Below, piece after piece: positions 60,117 through 64,000 of a stretch of 64,000 nucleotides of DNA (positions within the stretch are counted from its first letter, which is position 1; every line of letters starts with the position of its first letter). The DNA is from an uncultured bacterium (GTDB lineage Bacteria; Zixibacteria; MSB-5A5; GN15; FEB-12). A program made the translations under genes and the position numbers. The DNA is taken from positions 96,001 through 160,000 of the forward strand of contig CBDVDR010000004.1 of the NCBI GenBank assembly GCA_965372795.1. Direction: 5' to 3'. The notes under the pieces are model-generated. The model was not told where the DNA came from and ran no database searches. It was given only the letters and a program-made list of their open reading frames with translations.

Positions 60117-61418
60117 ATGAATATCTGCATTGTCGGGACCGGCTATGTCGGACTGGTCGCAGGAACATGCCTTGCCGATTTTGGCATGAATGTTACTTGT
60201 GTTGACAACGATTCAACAAAAATCGATATGCTCCTTGATGGTAAAGTCCCGATTTACGAAATCGGCTTATCAGATATGATTCAAAGAAATTTGAAACTGA
60301 ACCGGCTCCACTTTACATCTGATCTCGAAAAAGCAGTCAAAAGAAGTCTGGTTATATTTCTTGCGGTCGGTACTCCGCAGGACGATCAGGGTCGCGCCGA
60401 TTTAACCCAAATTAATGAAGTATCAAAATTGATTGCTTCTGCGATGGATGAATATAAAGCGATAGTTATCAAAAGCACAGTCCCGGTTGGAACCGCTGTA
60501 AAACTCGAAAAAATTATTAATGAAAATCTAAAACATCCGGTCCAATTTGATATTATCTCAAATCCGGAGTTTCTGCGCGAGGGGTCTGCCGTTAATGATT
60601 TTCTAAATCCGGATCGGGTTGTCATCGGAAGCAGTTCCGAACGGGCAAGAGCAATTGTCCGTGATATTTATCGACCGCTGTACCTTGCTGACACCCCGTT
60701 TATAGATTGTTCCAATGAGACTGCCGAACTTATTAAATATGCCGCTAACACAATGCTGGCTCTAAAAATTTCCTATGTAAATGAGATCGCTAATCTTTGC
60801 GAACATATAGATGCCGACATTACTCAGGTTGCTAATGCGGTCGGTTTAGATTCACGAATCGGACCCCATTTTCTGCACCCCGGTCCGGGATTTGGCGGGT
60901 CTTGTCTTCCTAAGGATGTGAGTGCTATCGTAGAAGTTGCCCGCAGTCATGGCTTTGATTTTAAATTGGCAAAAGCTATAATTGATGTAAATCACCGTCA
61001 GCAAAAGCTAATTGTCGACAAATGCCGGACTCAGTTAAATGATCTATCAGGCAAAACAATTTCAATATTGGGTTTAGCATTCAAACCTAATACTGATGAT
61101 GTTCGAGATGCTCCCGCAATCAACATTGCTAATTGGCTGCTTGAGGAAAATGCCATATTAAAAGTTTATGATCCGGTTGCTATGGATGAATCTCATAAAG
61201 TATTAGAAAAGGTTGAATATTGTACTGACCCCTATTCCGCCTGTGAAGGAAGCGACATGGTTCTTGTTTTGACTGATTGGAATGAATTTCAAAATCTTGA
61301 TTTTAAGAAAATTAAGGAAATCGTCAAATCGCCCAATATTTTTGATACCAGAAATATCTACGATCCAAAAACAATTAGAGATTTAGGGTTTAAGTATCTT
61401 GGAACCGGTCGGAAATAG
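60117..61418 (+). CDS. ugd: UDP-glucose 6-dehydrogenase
   Basis: GTGYVGL, VGTP, KSTVP, NPEFLREG, GFGGSCLPKD, AFKPNTDD. Confidence 0.93.
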   Translation: MNICIVGTGYVGLVAGTCLADFGMNVTCVDNDSTKIDMLLDGKVPIYEIGLSDMIQRNLKLNRLHFTSDLEKAVKRSLVIFLAVGTPQDDQGRADLTQINEVSKLIASAMDEYKAIVIKSTVPVGTAVKLEKIINENLKHPVQFDIISNPEFLREGSAVNDFLNPDRVVIGSSSERARAIVRDIYRPLYLADTPFIDCSNETAELIKYAANTMLALKISYVNEIANLCEHIDADITQVANAVGLDSRIGPHFLHPGPGFGGSCLPKDVSAIVEVARSHGFDFKLAKAIIDVNHRQQKLIVDKCRTQLNDLSGKTISILGLAFKPNTDDVRDAPAINIANWLLEENAILKVYDPVAMDESHKVLEKVEYCTDPYSACEGSDMVLVLTDWNEFQNLDFKKIKEIVKSPNIFDTRNIYDPKTIRDLGFKYLGTGRK

Positions 61419-61424
61419 CCGTTT

Positions 61425-62081
61425 TTAACGACATAAAGGCAGTGCCGACCCATTTTGAAATACATATTCGATTAATGTTGTAAGGTCTACAATATTTATT
61501 GAGATACCTTCCGCAAAATGAATATCCGCTTCTTCTTCACAAATCGCCGGGTCTCCGTGAATAAACAGATAACCTACCAGATCGGTAATATCGGCAATAT
61601 CTATCGGTAGTTCTCCCCCGCTATGGTTAAAGTCTCCTTTATACCGACAACAGGTTTCCACCATTCCATAAACCGGTACCGGAGCAAAAGCATACCAATT
61701 GAAAAAATAGGGTACTGCTGTATTTGAATAGTATTTCAAGGTTAGTTTTTCATTTAATTGAGGAATTAGCCAGCGAGTTGATACTCTGTCGTTAAATATA
61801 TCCCCAGACACATTTTCTGAAAGAATATTTTCACCCGCTTCACCATCAATAATCAGGCTAATAAAAACAATCGGTTCGTTTGAATAATCAGAAATAAATA
61901 ATTCATTTACAGGTGAACCGGTATTATTGTCAATGGTAATGATCACCGTATCTTCAATGTAACTTATATCCCAGCTGATATTAACTGACTCTGGAAAAAC
62001 AGATTGAGCTTTTCCTGATAAAGCCATCACACAAACAAAAATAGTAATATTTAGAAGTATTGTTTTCATTTCGCATTTCAA
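61425..62081 (-). CDS. Secreted protein with a C-terminal Cys-flanked dockerin-like domain
   Basis: Signal peptide; CC..GDFN.SG...IDIADITDLV.YLF..G....C..EAD.......NIVDLT.LI.YVF..G...P.C (duplicated Ca-loop/helix). Confidence 0.7.
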   Translation of the reverse strand: MKCEMKTILLNITIFVCVMALSGKAQSVFPESVNISWDISYIEDTVIITIDNNTGSPVNELFISDYSNEPIVFISLIIDGEAGENILSENVSGDIFNDRVSTRWLIPQLNEKLTLKYYSNTAVPYFFNWYAFAPVPVYGMVETCCRYKGDFNHSGGELPIDIADITDLVGYLFIHGDPAICEEEADIHFAEGISINIVDLTTLIEYVFQNGSALPLCR

Positions 62082-62215
62082 ATTTAAAAAACTAATTTAT
62101 CAATAGGGTGACACTTTAGTTAAATCTAAATATACGATTTTATTATATAAAATGCTAATTTTTAGTCATAAAATATCGGTCAATAGAGTTATTTATTTGA
62201 AGAGGGAAAATATAC

Positions 62216-64000
62216 TTATTTTAATAGAACCATCTTTTTGGTTTCAGAAAAGTCACCGGATTCTATTCTATAGAAATAAATACCGGATGCTACCGCTTGA
62301 TTATTATTATTAGTGCCATCCCAGTTGGCAGTATATAACCCGGCTGATTTAACCCCATCTACTAAAGTCGAGGTAACCTGTCCATTTGAGTTATAAATAG
62401 CAATACTAACGTGAGAACTGCTTGGAACCGAGTAATCAAAACTTGTAGTCGGGTTGAACGGATTGGGGTAATTTTGTGATAATTCAAACGTTTCCGGAAG
62501 ATCGGCAAAACTGTCATCAACATCAGTCACAATATTGATTCTGGCTTCAGTCCAGGCAACATTTGAGATATCTGATAAGTTTGAGTCCGCATCCATAGTT
62601 TTAACTGCCACATAATGGACTATCCCCGGCTCTAAGCCGGAGATAGTTGCAGTAGAAGGAGTGACCTCAGTAAGATTGGGAATTGAATCAGTCCAAAAGA
62701 CTACTATCGAATCCCAATTATCTTCAGTAATTTCCTCAGTTGACCATTTTATTTGATATGATTCAACCGCAAACATTGACGGAGAAGCTTGAGCGCCATT
62801 ATCATCAAAGAACTCAATTCCTTCAGGCGGAGTCCAGCTTATGTCAATCTCACCATCACCTGAGCCCGGCTGTGCCTGTAAATCAATAATAGCAGCCGGT
62901 GGAGCAACATCAGCAGTAGTGGCACGAATCGCAACCGCAGACATCCCTGACCAGTTCGGAACTTCATCAGAAACTTTGACAGCGAAATAATAAGTAGTGC
63001 TTACATTAAGACCCTGAACAGTATATGACTGTTCGGTTCCGGCTGCCAATGGAGTCGGTTCATCGGCGATCTGAGTTGCCTGATCCCAGTTTGCAGCAGA
63101 AATCAATGCGGTTGAATATCTAATATCATAAGTTGTGGCGGTTCCAACATTGCCATCGTCACCAACGGCTGTCCATGATAGAGTAATTGAACTGTCAGTC
63201 GGGTCTAAAGTAATCAAGTCAGCAACAACTGAAGGTGCCACCTGTTCAACCGTAGTTGAATTAATAGCAATGTTTGAAAGAGCTGATACATTAGGAACTT
63301 CATCAGAAACTTTGATTGCAAAGAAATAATTAGTACTGGAGGCTAAATTTGTAACGGTGAAAGATTCTGCATTGCCCGCTGATTGAGGCGTTGGCTCACC
63401 GTTAACCTGCACAGCCGCTGCCCAGTTGGCATCAGAAATAGGTGAAGTTGAATATCTGATATCATAGCCGGATGCTGTACCGCTATTATTATCATCACCA
63501 ACAGCTGTCCAGGTTAACTGTATCGAAGTGCTGGTTGGATTGTCAGCAGAAAAATCCGAAACAGCAAGAGGAGCAATATCCTCATCAGAAGTAGAGCCGG
63601 ATGCTACATTCGATAAGTCAGACCAGTTTGGAACTTCATCAGCAACCTTCATTGCAAAATAATAAGTAGCATTGGAACTAAGACCGCTCACTACTAAAGT
63701 TTCCTGACTTCCGGCAGCCTGTGGAGCTGGTTCCCCGCTTAACTGAGATGCTACATCCCAATTAGCAGCAGAAATCGGTGAAGTTGAAATACGGATATCA
63801 TAAGTTGAAGCGGTTCCAACATTACCATCATCACCAACAGCCGTCCAGCTTAATTCCAAGGAAGTACTGTTGGGGTTGATTACTGAAAAGTCTGAAACTG
63901 CCAGAGGTGCATCTGTTTCAGCTTCAGTTGTTATGTTGTAAACGTTTGAAAGAAGCGACCAGTTGCCGGCTTCATCAGTAGTTTTAATTGCAAAATAATA
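62216..64000 (-). CDS. Fibronectin type III repeat surface protein with FlgD-Ig/T9SS-type C-terminal domain (5' end outside window)
   Basis: Frame is open to base 64000; repeats of L.WTAVGDD...GTA..YDIR.ST..I...NW...YYFA.KV.DEVPN.S; tail LSQNYPNPFNPTT...WDG...ASGIYFY...KKMVLLK. Confidence 0.9.
   Translation of the reverse strand, partial: YYFAIKTTDEAGNWSLLSNVYNITTEAETDAPLAVSDFSVINPNSTSLELSWTAVGDDGNVGTASTYDIRISTSPISAANWDVASQLSGEPAPQAAGSQETLVVSGLSSNATYYFAMKVADEVPNWSDLSNVASGSTSDEDIAPLAVSDFSADNPTSTSIQLTWTAVGDDNNSGTASGYDIRYSTSPISDANWAAAVQVNGEPTPQSAGNAESFTVTNLASSTNYFFAIKVSDEVPNVSALSNIAINSTTVEQVAPSVVADLITLDPTDSSITLSWTAVGDDGNVGTATTYDIRYSTALISAANWDQATQIADEPTPLAAGTEQSYTVQGLNVSTTYYFAVKVSDEVPNWSGMSAVAIRATTADVAPPAAIIDLQAQPGSGDGEIDISWTPPEGIEFFDDNGAQASPSMFAVESYQIKWSTEEITEDNWDSIVVFWTDSIPNLTEVTPSTATISGLEPGIVHYVAVKTMDADSNLSDISNVAWTEARINIVTDVDDSFADLPETFELSQNYPNPFNPTTSFDYSVPSSSHVSIAIYNSNGQVTSTLVDGVKSAGLYTANWDGTNNNNQAVASGIYFYRIESGDFSETKKMVLLK

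Noticed and set aside
1..64000. Prophage, IS element, integron or CRISPR array; remaining short ORF-track entries nested in long genes
   Set aside because: I recognised no integrase, transposase, phage structural gene or repeat-spacer array; the short nested ORFs lack motifs and overlap well-supported genes.

Overview
An AT-rich bacterial chromosomal window of mostly housekeeping and envelope genes. A Cys-flanked dockerin-like C-terminal domain, a fused LpxC-FabZ and a FlgD-Ig/T9SS-type C-terminal domain suggest an FCB-group organism such as Zixibacteria (inference). In order it holds: (i) the tail of a pseudopilin operon; (ii) a lipid A cluster (lpxC-fabZ, lpxA, gnnA-like, lpxB, waaA, lpxK) coupled to nadB and guaA and interrupted by a two-gene insert (a REase-fold-like ORF and a gene with one in-frame TGA that the ORF track missed); (iii) a sigma-region-4/Zn-finger plus ribbon-helix-helix pair; (iv) omptin, DUF4097 and HDOD genes; (v) two tandem type IV pilins, each with a sigma54 promoter, behind a PilR-like activator, with candidate UAS and IHF sites; (vi) a B12 acyl-CoA mutase/carboxylase cluster with two mutase large subunits of different predicted specificity; (vii) recJ, rnpB, guaB and two tRNAs; (viii) a substrate-binding-protein-TolC fusion; (ix) exosortase/EpsI, ugd and a fibronectin-III repeat surface protein running off the end. 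I saw no CRISPR array, transposase, integrase or prophage. All family calls come from motif recognition by eye; no database search was run.
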